Positions 9,696 to 19,852 of a stretch of DNA of 45,032 bases are shown here, in pieces. A model generated the notes under the pieces. The model did no database searches, was not told the origin of the DNA, and was given only the letters and a program-made list of their open reading frames with translations. This DNA comes from Candidatus Jordarchaeia archaeon (GTDB lineage: Archaea > Asgardarchaeota > Jordiarchaeia > Jordiarchaeales > Jordiarchaeaceae). How positions within the stretch are numbered: position 1 is the first letter of the stretch; every line of letters begins with the position of its first letter. The stretch spans positions 1-45,032 of the forward strand of contig JAHQXB010000066.1 in NCBI GenBank assembly GCA_029856435.1, read 5' to 3'. The position numbers and the translations under genes are program-made.

Positions 9696-11075
9696 TTGGA
9701 AGAAGATCTGATAAAAAGTTTGTGTGGTATTGTTGGAGAGGAAAATGTTAAAAGTGACATTGTTGATAGATACTGTTACTCTATGGATGCTTCCCTATAT
9801 AGTTCAATTCCCGACGTGGTTGTTTTTCCTCAGACCACAGACCATGTCTCTGAGATAATGAAGTTCGCCAATACTAACGGAATACCGGTGACTCCTAGGG
9901 GGGCCGCAACGGGTCTGTGTGGAGGAGCGGTTCCTCTCAAGGGGGGAATAGTTATAGACCTTTCAAAGATGAACAAAATACTAGAAATCGACTTGGATAA
10001 CTTCTGCGTCAGGGTGGAGCCAGGAGTGATTCAGAACGAACTCAACCAAGTGTTAAATAAGCGTGGATTCTTTTTTCCCCCCACTCCTGGTAGCAAGAAA
10101 ATGTGCACTATCGGAGGTATGATTTCTACAAATGCTGGGGGGATGACCGCGGTAAAATATGGGGTCACCAGAAATTTTGTTCTGGGTCTTAAGGTTGTTT
10201 TAGCGTCGGGTGAAGTGCTTGAGCTAGGGGGCAAAACTCTGAAGAGAAGTTTAGGTTTGGATTTATTACAACTGTTTGTGGGAACAGAGGGTACGCTCGG
10301 TATAATTACAGAGGCCTTGCTTAGGATAATACCTCTACCAGAGGAAACCGCGGTAATAGTGGCTCCATTCAAAGATGTCTACGAAGCCACCAAAACAGTT
10401 AACTCTGTTCTTAGTCGCACAGTACCTGCTGCGATTGAGATAATGGATCGTGGAATCATCAAGGCAGTAAACGCCTATATCAAAGAGTTAAAACTACCTG
10501 AGGTTGAGGCTATATTGTACTTTGAAGTTGATGGTACACGTGAGGAGGTTCAGAGACAAATCGAAATCATTGTTGAAACGTGTAAAAAACATAAATCTCT
10601 AAATGTTCAATGGACTGCTGATCCCGAAAAAAAACTAATGCTGTGGCAGGGAAGAGAAGCCGCTGGTGGGGCGATTATGAATCTGGATAGAAGACTGGTA
10701 CGTGTCTACGAGGCGGAAGATGTTTGTGTGCCTATCTCCAAAATTCCGGATATGGTGAAAAGATTTCAAGAAATATCAAAAAAGTATGGAATTCCTGTAG
10801 GCCTCTATGGCCATGCGGGAGACGGCAACATTCATTCTGGAGTACTAATAGATGTAAGGAATCCTGAAGAATGGCGGAAACTAAAAAACTTGACCAGAGA
10901 AGTTTATGAAACCGCCATGTCTCTTGGGGGAAACATTTCTGCTGAGCATGGAATAGGGGCACTAAGAGCAGAATGGATGAGAAGGATACACGGAGAAGGG
11001 CTAAAATACATAAAAAAAATAAAGGAGGCCTTTGACCCTAAAGGCATTCTGAACCCCGGTAAACTGGGCATGTGA
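9696..11075 (+). CDS. FAD-linked oxidoreductase, GlcD/D-lactate dehydrogenase family
   Basis: PRGAATGLCGG, GTEGTLGIIT, GHAGDGNIH, SAEHGIG, FDPKGILNPGK. Confidence 0.92.
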   Translation: MEEDLIKSLCGIVGEENVKSDIVDRYCYSMDASLYSSIPDVVVFPQTTDHVSEIMKFANTNGIPVTPRGAATGLCGGAVPLKGGIVIDLSKMNKILEIDLDNFCVRVEPGVIQNELNQVLNKRGFFFPPTPGSKKMCTIGGMISTNAGGMTAVKYGVTRNFVLGLKVVLASGEVLELGGKTLKRSLGLDLLQLFVGTEGTLGIITEALLRIIPLPEETAVIVAPFKDVYEATKTVNSVLSRTVPAAIEIMDRGIIKAVNAYIKELKLPEVEAILYFEVDGTREEVQRQIEIIVETCKKHKSLNVQWTADPEKKLMLWQGREAAGGAIMNLDRRLVRVYEAEDVCVPISKIPDMVKRFQEISKKYGIPVGLYGHAGDGNIHSGVLIDVRNPEEWRKLKNLTREVYETAMSLGGNISAEHGIGALRAEWMRRIHGEGLKYIKKIKEAFDPKGILNPGKLGM

Positions 11076-11093
11076 AACAGCGTTACCTAGTTT

Positions 11094-11468
11094 TTAAGCG
11101 GCTATCCATGACTTGGCTCCTTCTCTTCTGACTACTTTTTTCTCCTCCAACTTTCTGAGGAGAACTACTACTTCATTCTGATTTAATTTACCCTTCAAAA
11201 TTCTCGTAATGGCTCTCGGTCTCCTCGGCTCCTTTGCTATAATCTTTAAAATCTCATTTTCAATATCCGATAGACCCTCTCTAACTATGGGTTCCCTTTT
11301 TTCCCGACTCTCCTTTTTCCTCTCTTTTTTCACCGCTTCCTTTTCTTCTTCCTCTTTCTTTTTCTTCTTCTCCTCTACCGCTTCTTTTTCCATTTCTTCA
11401 ACGATTTTCTCTATTTCCTCCTCCTCTATTTCCTCCACTCCCTTCTTGGTTTTTGCTTTCTTTGACAT
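11094..11468 (-). CDS. Small protein: Lys/Glu-rich N-terminus plus C-terminal winged-helix domain
   Basis: GGAGG SD before ATG 11468; low-complexity E/K tract, then LSDIENEILKII...EVVVLLRKLEEKKVVRREGAKSW, a wHTH pattern. Confidence 0.7.
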   Translation of the reverse strand: MSKKAKTKKGVEEIEEEEIEKIVEEMEKEAVEEKKKKKEEEEKEAVKKERKKESREKREPIVREGLSDIENEILKIIAKEPRRPRAITRILKGKLNQNEVVVLLRKLEEKKVVRREGAKSWIAA

Positions 11469-11974
11469 ATTTTTTCCTCCAATAACTCTCAATAACGCTT
11501 TTGGTAGAACAAGTTTTTAATGGTATATGCTCGTTTTTGAAACCAAGACCATTTAAACCTTTAAGCTTTTACTATCACTTGGATTCGTTTTTAAAGTTTA
11601 TTTAAAGACGATAAAATAACAAATCACCGACTTCAAGAACCATGTAGAGGAGCAATGTCTTCTTTGTATGCTCACCCTCCATAATTTTAAAGATGCAATT
11701 TTTCTATAAAATTAAATTACCGGAAATTCGTGTTTTTGGGTAAGGGCCGCTTTAAAAATCATTAGTTATATCTATCTCCACATTCTTCACCTCCCCTTTT
11801 TTATACTTTTTTGGGTTTTGAAGGCCAGAGAAGGAATTGTCCGTCCTTTCTTATAATATTTTGCGGGAATATTCAATTTACGCAGGCAAAAAAAGGTAAT
11901 CGAGGTAATCAAAAATATTCGCGGAGAATATGAAAGTACTTTTAGCTTCTTTGTTCTGAAACATAAAACTAGTT

Positions 11975-12077
11975 GGCGATGTAGTCCGATTCTATCCTCA
12001 ATTTTGAGGCTCTAAATCAGAAAAGAAGCCCTATGAAAGCTTTTATCGAAGGCGAAATCGAACAAATATACACCGCG
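11975..12077 (+). mobile_element. MITE family A, copy 2 (103 bp)
   Basis: Homologous to 130-237; flanked by exact 9-bp direct repeat aaactagtt (11966-11974, 12078-12086). Confidence 0.85.
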
Positions 12078-12303
12078 AAACTAGTTTTGAAACAATTTAA
12101 AGCATATTTTTAGTATTTCTTGCCTTAAAGGTTAATGTTTTATACCCGCCTAATCGTTATTCCGAGATGTGAAAGATAATTAATACCCTTTTTGCAAAAA
12201 TGGACGCGAATTTAGAAAATTTTAGAAGGATAGTTATCAGTTATAAATATTTGGAAAGCAGAATTTACCATGTATCCGCACGTTTTTCTATTTACCAACT
12301 GAG

Positions 12304-15033
12304 ATGATTGCATTGGAAAACGAACCTGTATGGCATACGATGAGTATTGAGAGTGTTGAGACTGCTTTAAAAACTGGGCGGTTAGGCATAACCCCTGAAG
12401 AGGCTAAACGCAGATTGGAGGAATTTGGCCCAAATATCTTGAGAGAGAAAAAGGGGCCCTCTGCTTTAACGATTTTCGCGTCGCAATTTAAAAACTACTT
12501 GATCCTAGTTCTTGTTGCTGCCGCGATTATTGCACTCTTCCTAGGAGACTTCACTGATGCTTTAGTGATTATAGTTGTAATCATTTTAAATGCACTCTTG
12601 GGCTTTTTCCAAGAATACAGAGCCGAAAAATCAATAGAAGCTCTCAAAAAACTAACAGCGCCCCACGCAATTGTAATACGTGGAGGGCATCAGGAAGAGA
12701 TATTAGCCAGTGAATTGGTTCCCGGAGACTTAGTATTGATTGAAACTGGAGAACGTGTGCCAGCAGATATTCGCCTTTTAGAATCCACTAGCCTTGAAAT
12801 AGACGAATCCCTACTAACAGGAGAATCAATCCCAGCTAAAAAGAAGGCTGAGCGCTTGGAGGAAAAAAGGCTGCCCATTGCTGATAGAAAAAACATGGCT
12901 TATATGGGCACCATTATAACTAGGGGGAGAGGAATTGGTTATGTAGTGTCCACTGGTATGAGAACAGAAATCGGAAGAATAGCGGAGCTGATTCAAACCG
13001 TAGAAACAGAGGAAACTCCGCTGCAGGTTAAGTTGAGGGATTTGGCTAAAAAATTAACTTATGCTGTTATAGTCATATGTTTGATTGTCTTCCTTATAGG
13101 GACTCTAAGAGAAGGACATGTTTTTGATATGTTTCTGAACGCCGTTGGTCTGGCTGTAGCAGCCATACCTGAAAGCTTGCCTGCTGTGGTTACCATTACT
13201 CTCGCTCTTGGGGTTCAGAGGATGGTGAAGAGGAACGCCGTTATAAGAAAACTCCCTGCTGTGCAAACTCTTGGGAGCGCCACAATCATCTGTTCTGATA
13301 AGACGGGAACTTTTACTCGAAATGAGATGACTGTAATAAAGTTATATGTTAATAATAGTATCTTTGATGTAACCAATGTGGGTTATGAACCTAAAGGCAA
13401 GTTCTATCACAATAATTCTGTAATTGACCCAAAACAAATTCCAAGCCTTAAACTACTGTTGACTATTGGTGCGCTCTGTAACAACGCAAAATTAGAGAAA
13501 AATGGCAACTGGCGCATAATTGGCGATCCCACCGAAGGAGCGCTCATCGTCGCCGCAGAGAAAGCAGGTCTCAAACAAAAAGAACTTAGTGAACAATACC
13601 CAAGGATAGCAGAAATACCCTTCGAATCCGAACGAAAACTCATGTCCACAATTCATGAAACACCCCAAGGAACAAAAATTGCATGCATTAAAGGAGCCAC
13701 AGAAGTAGTGCTAAATTTAAGCAGTAAAATATACACCGATGGGCAAATCAGAGAACTAACCAGCAAAGAGAAAGAAGAACTCCTAAAAATTAACCAAAAC
13801 ATGGCAAGTGATGCCCTACGAGTCCTAGCTCTAGCCTACAGAGAACTACCAACCGAACATCAAGAATACACATCAGAAAACATAGAAAAAGATCTAATTT
13901 TCGTAGGCTTCCAGGGTATGTTGGATCCCCCCAGAGATGAAGCCATTATGGCAGTTCAAACAGCTAAAAAAGCAGGCATCAAAGTAGTTATGATCACTGG
14001 AGACAACGAATTCACGGCTAAATCAATAGCAAGAAAACTAGGACTACTAGAGAGAGATGGAAAAGTATTAACCGGTGCAGATTTAGAAAAAATGAGTGAC
14101 GCGCAACTTGATGAAGCAGTACAGGAAGTCGCCGTCTACGCCCGAGTATCTCCAGAACACAAACTCAGAATAGTAAACTCCCTAAAAAAGAAAAACCAAA
14201 TAGTGGCCATGACAGGTGATGGCGTAAACGATGCTCCTGCTTTGAGGAAGGCTGATATTGGGATTGCCATGGGGATAACTGGTACAGATGTTGCTAAGGA
14301 GGCTTCGGAAATGATTCTCATTGACGACAATTTTGCTTCCATTGTGGCTGCTGTTGAAGAAGGGCGTACAATTTATAACAATATTAAGAAGACTATTTAC
14401 TATCTTCTTTCCACGAATGTTGGTGAAATACTAACTATATTTATAGGATTGATGATTGGCCTGCCCATACCGCTTGTCGCGGTTCAGATTTTGTGGATTA
14501 ACCTTGTTACTGATAGTTTTCCTGCGTTGGCGCTTGCGGCCGATCCTGCTGAGGCGGGTATTATGCTTCATCGTCCGAGGGATCCTCTAGAGCCTGTGAT
14601 AACGAGAAGGATGTTTTTTAATATGATTTTTGTCGCAACGGTTATGTTGGTATCCACTCTGCTTTTGTACAGTTTTGTGTTAGGCGTGTTCTCTCCTTTA
14701 GGGATTTCCTATTCAAATTTGGATACTGCACGAACAGCTGCATTCACGAATATGGTTTTTCTTCAGCTCTTTCACTCTTTTATTGTCCGTTCAGAAAGAG
14801 AATCCGTATTTAAAGTCGGTTTCTTTTCAAACAAGTATCTCGTATTGGGCACTACAATCTCCTTACTTCTACAATTAGCAGTGGTGTATCTTCCTCAACT
14901 TCAAACCCTATTCCACACAACACCACTATCCGTTTTTGAGCTGGTAATTGTAGTTCTAGCTTCAAGTTCGCTCCTATTTAGTACTGAAGTAGTGAAGTTC
15001 TATGATCGGCGGATGGCTCGATACGAAAAATAA
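12304..15033 (+). CDS. P-type ATPase, type IIA (Ca2+-transporting, SERCA-like)
   Basis: TGES, AIPESLP, DKTGT phosphorylation site, GDGVNDAP, M5 STNVGE, M6 WINLVTD. Confidence 0.95.
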   Translation: MIALENEPVWHTMSIESVETALKTGRLGITPEEAKRRLEEFGPNILREKKGPSALTIFASQFKNYLILVLVAAAIIALFLGDFTDALVIIVVIILNALLGFFQEYRAEKSIEALKKLTAPHAIVIRGGHQEEILASELVPGDLVLIETGERVPADIRLLESTSLEIDESLLTGESIPAKKKAERLEEKRLPIADRKNMAYMGTIITRGRGIGYVVSTGMRTEIGRIAELIQTVETEETPLQVKLRDLAKKLTYAVIVICLIVFLIGTLREGHVFDMFLNAVGLAVAAIPESLPAVVTITLALGVQRMVKRNAVIRKLPAVQTLGSATIICSDKTGTFTRNEMTVIKLYVNNSIFDVTNVGYEPKGKFYHNNSVIDPKQIPSLKLLLTIGALCNNAKLEKNGNWRIIGDPTEGALIVAAEKAGLKQKELSEQYPRIAEIPFESERKLMSTIHETPQGTKIACIKGATEVVLNLSSKIYTDGQIRELTSKEKEELLKINQNMASDALRVLALAYRELPTEHQEYTSENIEKDLIFVGFQGMLDPPRDEAIMAVQTAKKAGIKVVMITGDNEFTAKSIARKLGLLERDGKVLTGADLEKMSDAQLDEAVQEVAVYARVSPEHKLRIVNSLKKKNQIVAMTGDGVNDAPALRKADIGIAMGITGTDVAKEASEMILIDDNFASIVAAVEEGRTIYNNIKKTIYYLLSTNVGEILTIFIGLMIGLPIPLVAVQILWINLVTDSFPALALAADPAEAGIMLHRPRDPLEPVITRRMFFNMIFVATVMLVSTLLLYSFVLGVFSPLGISYSNLDTARTAAFTNMVFLQLFHSFIVRSERESVFKVGFFSNKYLVLGTTISLLLQLAVVYLPQLQTLFHTTPLSVFELVIVVLASSSLLFSTEVVKFYDRRMARYEK

Positions 15034-15076
15034 AAAAGTGATTCTTTAAGGATACTGAACTTTTTTGTTTTTTAGT

Positions 15077-16306
15077 TTACACCCTTTTATAAATGTCTTT
15101 GGCTGAGTATTTTGCGCTAGACATTTCTCTATCAATTATACTCAGAAGAAGGATACGCTTGTATGTTGGAGGATGTGTGGAAAACAGGTTGTTCAAACTG
15201 TTCCACTTTGTTCTCTTGGCCTCGGCTTCCATCGCCATTTCGAGCTCCTTCTCATCAAGTGTTCCGTCTTTATCTAGGTCATATTCGTTTGCCCTTTCTA
15301 TGATACGGCGAATTTGGCTTGATGCATTCGCTGGGTCTTCAATGAAGAAGGCTCGTGCACCATGAGTCTCCGCGGGGTTCAAACTGAGTCCATAGGCAAT
15401 TTTTGTGAGGGCGCTTTTTAATGCTCTGGGTTTTTCCGTGACATATGCTGAGTAAGCGTCGGAGTAGAATTCCCTCTGCCTACTTAAAGTCCTGACTATC
15501 AAAAGTGATATAATGTATATTATGAATGCTAAGACTGCTATTATGAGAAGAATTGCCAAACCTTTACTGCCACGTCTTGAGCCCCTTGTGCCGTAGAATG
15601 CAAACATAGCAATCATATAACATATGAGGGGTATAGCACCAAGACATGTCATTATCAGGCAGTCCCTATGTTTCAGGTGCCCTATCTCATGCCCAATTAC
15701 TGCTTCAACTTCCTCTTTATTCAGCGCTTGTAGTAACCCCCTAGAAATCGCTAAAGTAGTGCTTTTCGCAGTTCTTCCAAATACACACGCATTTGGCTGC
15801 TCAGTATCCCATAAGGCTATCTTGGGTGTTGGTATCCTACTTTTTTCGGCCAAATTCTCTACCGTTTTTTCGAGCCAAGGATTTTCACCCCTCTTTAAGT
15901 AGCGTAAGCCTAAAGAATACCTCACTAAGGCGGGGCCTATCGCCCATTGAAATACTATGAAAAACACGGTGAAAATTGATACACCTATAGCCATGGGGGT
16001 AATGCTCTGGGGAAGCACAAACGTGGTAAACAAATAGGATTGAATTTGCATAGCTGCTATGTACTGCCATGCGAAATATCCAATAAAACCTTGCAACAAT
16101 GTTGGATCAATTGATTCCCAATCTATGTAGAAGTAGCTTGAAAGATCCTCCAAATACCCTGAAGGTGAGCCCGCTAAAAACGTCGGAACTTCACTGAACA
16201 AATATGTCACTAGAACACTTAAGGCGAAAATGAAGACAAAGAGAATCACAAACATCAGTACGATTGAAATCGACATTCTGGCTTTCAGCATAAATAGGCG
16301 TCCCAA
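15077..16306 (-). CDS. htpX: Zinc metalloprotease HtpX (M48) with an EF-hand insertion
   Basis: PNACVFG, HEIGH zinc motif, SRQREFYSD, FSTHPP; canonical EF-hand loop DLDKDGTLDEKE near the C-terminus. Confidence 0.92.
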   Translation of the reverse strand: MGRLFMLKARMSISIVLMFVILFVFIFALSVLVTYLFSEVPTFLAGSPSGYLEDLSSYFYIDWESIDPTLLQGFIGYFAWQYIAAMQIQSYLFTTFVLPQSITPMAIGVSIFTVFFIVFQWAIGPALVRYSLGLRYLKRGENPWLEKTVENLAEKSRIPTPKIALWDTEQPNACVFGRTAKSTTLAISRGLLQALNKEEVEAVIGHEIGHLKHRDCLIMTCLGAIPLICYMIAMFAFYGTRGSRRGSKGLAILLIIAVLAFIIYIISLLIVRTLSRQREFYSDAYSAYVTEKPRALKSALTKIAYGLSLNPAETHGARAFFIEDPANASSQIRRIIERANEYDLDKDGTLDEKELEMAMEAEAKRTKWNSLNNLFSTHPPTYKRILLLSIIDREMSSAKYSAKDIYKRV

Positions 16307-16559
16307 GAAGAGTCACCTCACTTGCTATCTGAGGAATTTCGTTGGTAATATATAGTACACTGATTAAAATTAACTTTACCCTAAATTACAACTAATTTTG
16401 TATAATATAAAAAATTTTTTATTATTTACTTTTTTGTTAATTAAAAATGAATAAAAGCAGTATACCTTTTCCCTTAAGGAAAGAAACTCCATCAAAACCG
16501 GACATTAGTAACTTTCTAAACATGCTCGTAATTGTTTTGCGATAGGTATAAAGTCCTAA

Positions 16560-17675
16560 ATGGACTTGAATTTTGAAAATAGGCTTGTCGTTGGGGATTT
16601 AATTTTGGCTGAGTTTCGATTCCCTGAGGGTAAAGAAATTCTTCATATAGCAACTTATAGCAACTGGTAAGTTCTTTAACCTTATCCATAAATTTGGTGG
16701 CGATTCGTTAAAGATGCTTTTCCATAGAGTTTTTCCGATTATGGTTACAGATAGAAATTGTAGGTTTTTCTTTCTTATGAATCCTAAGCAGATATTTGTT
16801 GCTGAACCCAAACTACTGATAAATAAGGGGGAGGTCGATCCCAAAGACTTTGCTATACATTCTATTGAGTCGGGATTGCTTTTGAGTTTAGAGTCGGAAT
16901 GCACCGAAGGGAAAGTTAATGGGCGCAGTGAATAAGTTTACTCCTTCGGGCAGACGTATTTTTAATAATTACCTTGCGGTTATCAAAAGTATTGCACAAG
17001 GATTATCCAAAATTTATGGGCAAGAATTAACAATTTATCAAGCTTCTGATAGAGTGGCAGAAGTAGCAGAAAAAATTGAAGAAGAGGTCTTCAAGCAGGT
17101 ATAGTATGGAGTGTTCTGTACAGATTGCGGAATTTATACTGTAGGTCTAAATAATCCCGTTATACCAAATTCTTGTTTGGTGAAAAATCATTGTCTTATC
17201 AAAACGACAGTTTATAAACTGAACGAGGTTTTCCTAATTGCTTGGGAGGAGGGAATGATTTTAGAGGGCTACGTTGCCCAAGTCCTTCTTGATAATGGTT
17301 GGAATACGCTCTTTAGTGTTGAGGTTCATGGCCTGGAGGGAGGTAGACACGAAGTTGATGTCATAGCGGAGAAAGATAATAACTATCTACTCATTGAATG
17401 TAAACATGTAGCTCCCTACAATTGGGTTTTATATGATGATGCGATAAAGAGCATAGGCAAAATGACGTTAATAGAAGGAGCCATATTGAAGGCTTATCGG
17501 AAGAGAAAAGAGCAGCCTAGTATGATGATTAAAGCAATAATTACGACAGGCGAAGCTACAAAGAGAAACAAATGTAATGATCTCAAACATAGAAAATTTC
17601 CTAATCGCGTCCAGAGAAGACACACTGAACGGACTCTCAGAATTTAAAAAGAACTTGGCGTTCCTCCTAGACTAA
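16560..17675 (+). pseudogene. Disrupted gene (~365 codons) with C-terminal PD-(D/E)XK (Mrr/restriction-endonuclease-like) domain
   Basis: Continuous protein-like frame recovered by repairing a 10-bp tandem duplication (16646-16665), a frameshift near 16910, an in-frame TAG (17102-17104) and a frameshift near 17555; nuclease motif HEVDVIAEK...LLIECK. Confidence 0.75.
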
Positions 17676-18037
17676 ATCTTTAGTAGACAACCCTCTTTTG
17701 TGGATTTCCTCCTTACTTTCAATGTTCTTATCTGCCACAATCGGAACCTATTTCTGTAACTCGCTTCAAATTGAACGCAAGATGACTATAATCCCAGTGA
17801 GACTAGTACGATTTGTATTCCAAATCCTAGTAGGAAGGCTAGCAAAAGAATTGCTAGGACTATTTGAAATTTTGAGTATTTCGGGTTATACTCTACGGTT
17901 AGTATCAACCAGATTAAGGCAATAATTCCCAGTAGGATGAGTAAATATCCTAGAGCAGGCTGCAGTGTCCACGGTTCTATAAACGTGAGTTTTCACCTCT
18001 TGCTAGTTTTCTCGCTTTATCCTAGCAGAGTATTCTT

Positions 18038-18739
18038 TCAGATGGAGCGAATTAAACCTTTTCTCGCCATTAATCCTTCAATAAGCATAGCTCCTCCCAG
18101 AAAGGCTACGGGTAAAAGAGAATATATTGTAGCTAGGGTTACGTATCCGCCAATAGTTAGTAGTGCCCCGCCTATTGTGGGAGTTATTTGGGCCCCTTTA
18201 ACCTTTTTGCCCTCTTTTTCCTCTGTTAATTTGAGGGTTAAAGCTTGAAGTTCAATATCTTTGAGATCCATTTTGTTGGAAAGGGTTTTCACTATTTTTT
18301 CCTTTTTCCATTTCATGGAAACGGGGTATATTTCGCTTTGCTTGGCTAATTTATACAATTGGAATCTTGTAAACTGGTATAACAATTGCTCTTTTGGGTT
18401 ATAAGTGGTGGTTACTGGTTTTCCTTCAAATTTTGAGGATATGGAAATGTAACAAGCCATTGCAGCCACGCTGAAGCTCGGAATAGCAAGGGTCAAATTC
18501 CACCACTCGATGGCTGTGGCAATTGCTATTACTAATATTATTAGACCATATATTAATAAATCAATAAATGTGTAAAAACTTGATTTTTTAAATGTGTAGC
18601 TCAGGCCTATTATGGACAGCACAGCCCCAACAACAGGTACATAGGGGTTCCCGCCAGCCAAAAATACTCCAAAGAACTGTATTACTAGGCCTGTTATCAG
18701 AAAAATCCACATTTGTTTTAGAGGTGACATTCCTGCCAT
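18038..18739 (-). CDS. Multi-pass membrane protein with internal HeH/Rho-N-like helical motif
   Basis: About 4 N-terminal and 2 C-terminal hydrophobic segments around a basic soluble loop FTRFQLYKLAKQSEIYPVSMKWKKEKIVKTL. Confidence 0.75.
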   Translation of the reverse strand: MAGMSPLKQMWIFLITGLVIQFFGVFLAGGNPYVPVVGAVLSIIGLSYTFKKSSFYTFIDLLIYGLIILVIAIATAIEWWNLTLAIPSFSVAAMACYISISSKFEGKPVTTTYNPKEQLLYQFTRFQLYKLAKQSEIYPVSMKWKKEKIVKTLSNKMDLKDIELQALTLKLTEEKEGKKVKGAQITPTIGGALLTIGGYVTLATIYSLLPVAFLGGAMLIEGLMARKGLIRSI

Positions 18740-19071
18740 CTCGAATTCACCTCACTCCTCTTGAGTTATGTCCCTCAATTAATCTATCGGAAATATTCTC
18801 TTACCTATTTTTAAAGCTTTTCGTTTAATTTATAAGTGCAGAAAAATAAAATTTATAATAATTATTCAACATCTTATTTAATTAATAACTTAATATATAT
18901 AATTTTTTTTAAAAGTAAAAAATAATCTTTAATACAAACTTGCTATAATATATACTAAATTACACTATTAAATAAATTTTTTTGATTAAATTAAATATTT
19001 ATGTATGAAACTTTAGAAAAAATTATAAATTAATTATCATAAATACAATTAGACACAATACAAACTTATTT

Positions 19072-19656
19072 TTACCTACTTTCCTTTTCCCAGTCTGAAA
19101 AAGGCTCCTTTTGCAGCTCCCACACAACATAAACCACTGTTACAATGATGAGGATAGTCAAAACGAAAAGGTAGCCCCCTTGGAAAAACCACACTGCAAC
19201 CAGGCCCACTCGTGGAATTGTAAATATCACCTTTCCATAAACTTGCCAGTCAGCTGTCCAACCAGGATCCGGAGTGGGATTTGTTAGTCGGTTGTCACCC
19301 CACGTTTTGTAGTAGAAGTGGCCATTTTCAAATTTCACATCAACTACCCTATGCATCACTGGAGCCGGAGGAATGGTGTAACCGTAAAAGTACCAGTGAC
19401 TAGCATCAAATACTATTACGTCCCCAATGCTAATTTCGTAACCCGGCACATGTTTAATTACGCCTACATCACCAAAATACATTGTTGGCTCCATACTAGA
19501 AGGCTGATTACTGATTATTCTAAAGGGAGCGTCAGTGTTAAGGTATATTCTAAGTAATTGAAAACCGCCCAGGATTATTCCTACAGTTACAGTGATCATT
19601 ATTATTGTAATAATCGCTTCTTTCTTCCAATCTTTGCTCAAAAATTTATCCTCCAA
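19072..19656 (-). CDS. sec11: Signal peptidase I, archaeal/ER Sec11 type (S26B)
   Basis: SSMEPT (catalytic Ser), GD, HRV (catalytic His), TWGDN, flanking TM segments. Confidence 0.9.
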   Translation of the reverse strand: MEDKFLSKDWKKEAIITIIMITVTVGIILGGFQLLRIYLNTDAPFRIISNQPSSMEPTMYFGDVGVIKHVPGYEISIGDVIVFDASHWYFYGYTIPPAPVMHRVVDVKFENGHFYYKTWGDNRLTNPTPDPGWTADWQVYGKVIFTIPRVGLVAVWFFQGGYLFVLTILIIVTVVYVVWELQKEPFSDWEKESR

Positions 19657-19852
19657 AAGTTCGTCTACTGTAAGGAACTGTTCTTTTTGCTTTTTAATAT
19701 GTTTGAATTTATATATTAGCCCAATGAATCCTTGAATACTTTCTGTGCTTATAAGTCTTCTAATTTTTTAACTTGCTGGAAACAGTATGAAAATATTAAA
19801 TAGTTTCATTTCTTTTTCTTTAAACTATAAACTAGATTAGGGAGTTGCTAAT

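Noticed and set aside
17102-17104. In-frame TAG as possible pyrrolysine readthrough
   Set aside because: The same gene has a duplication and two frameshifts; a nonsense mutation (e.g. TGG to TAG) is simpler; no pyl genes in the window.
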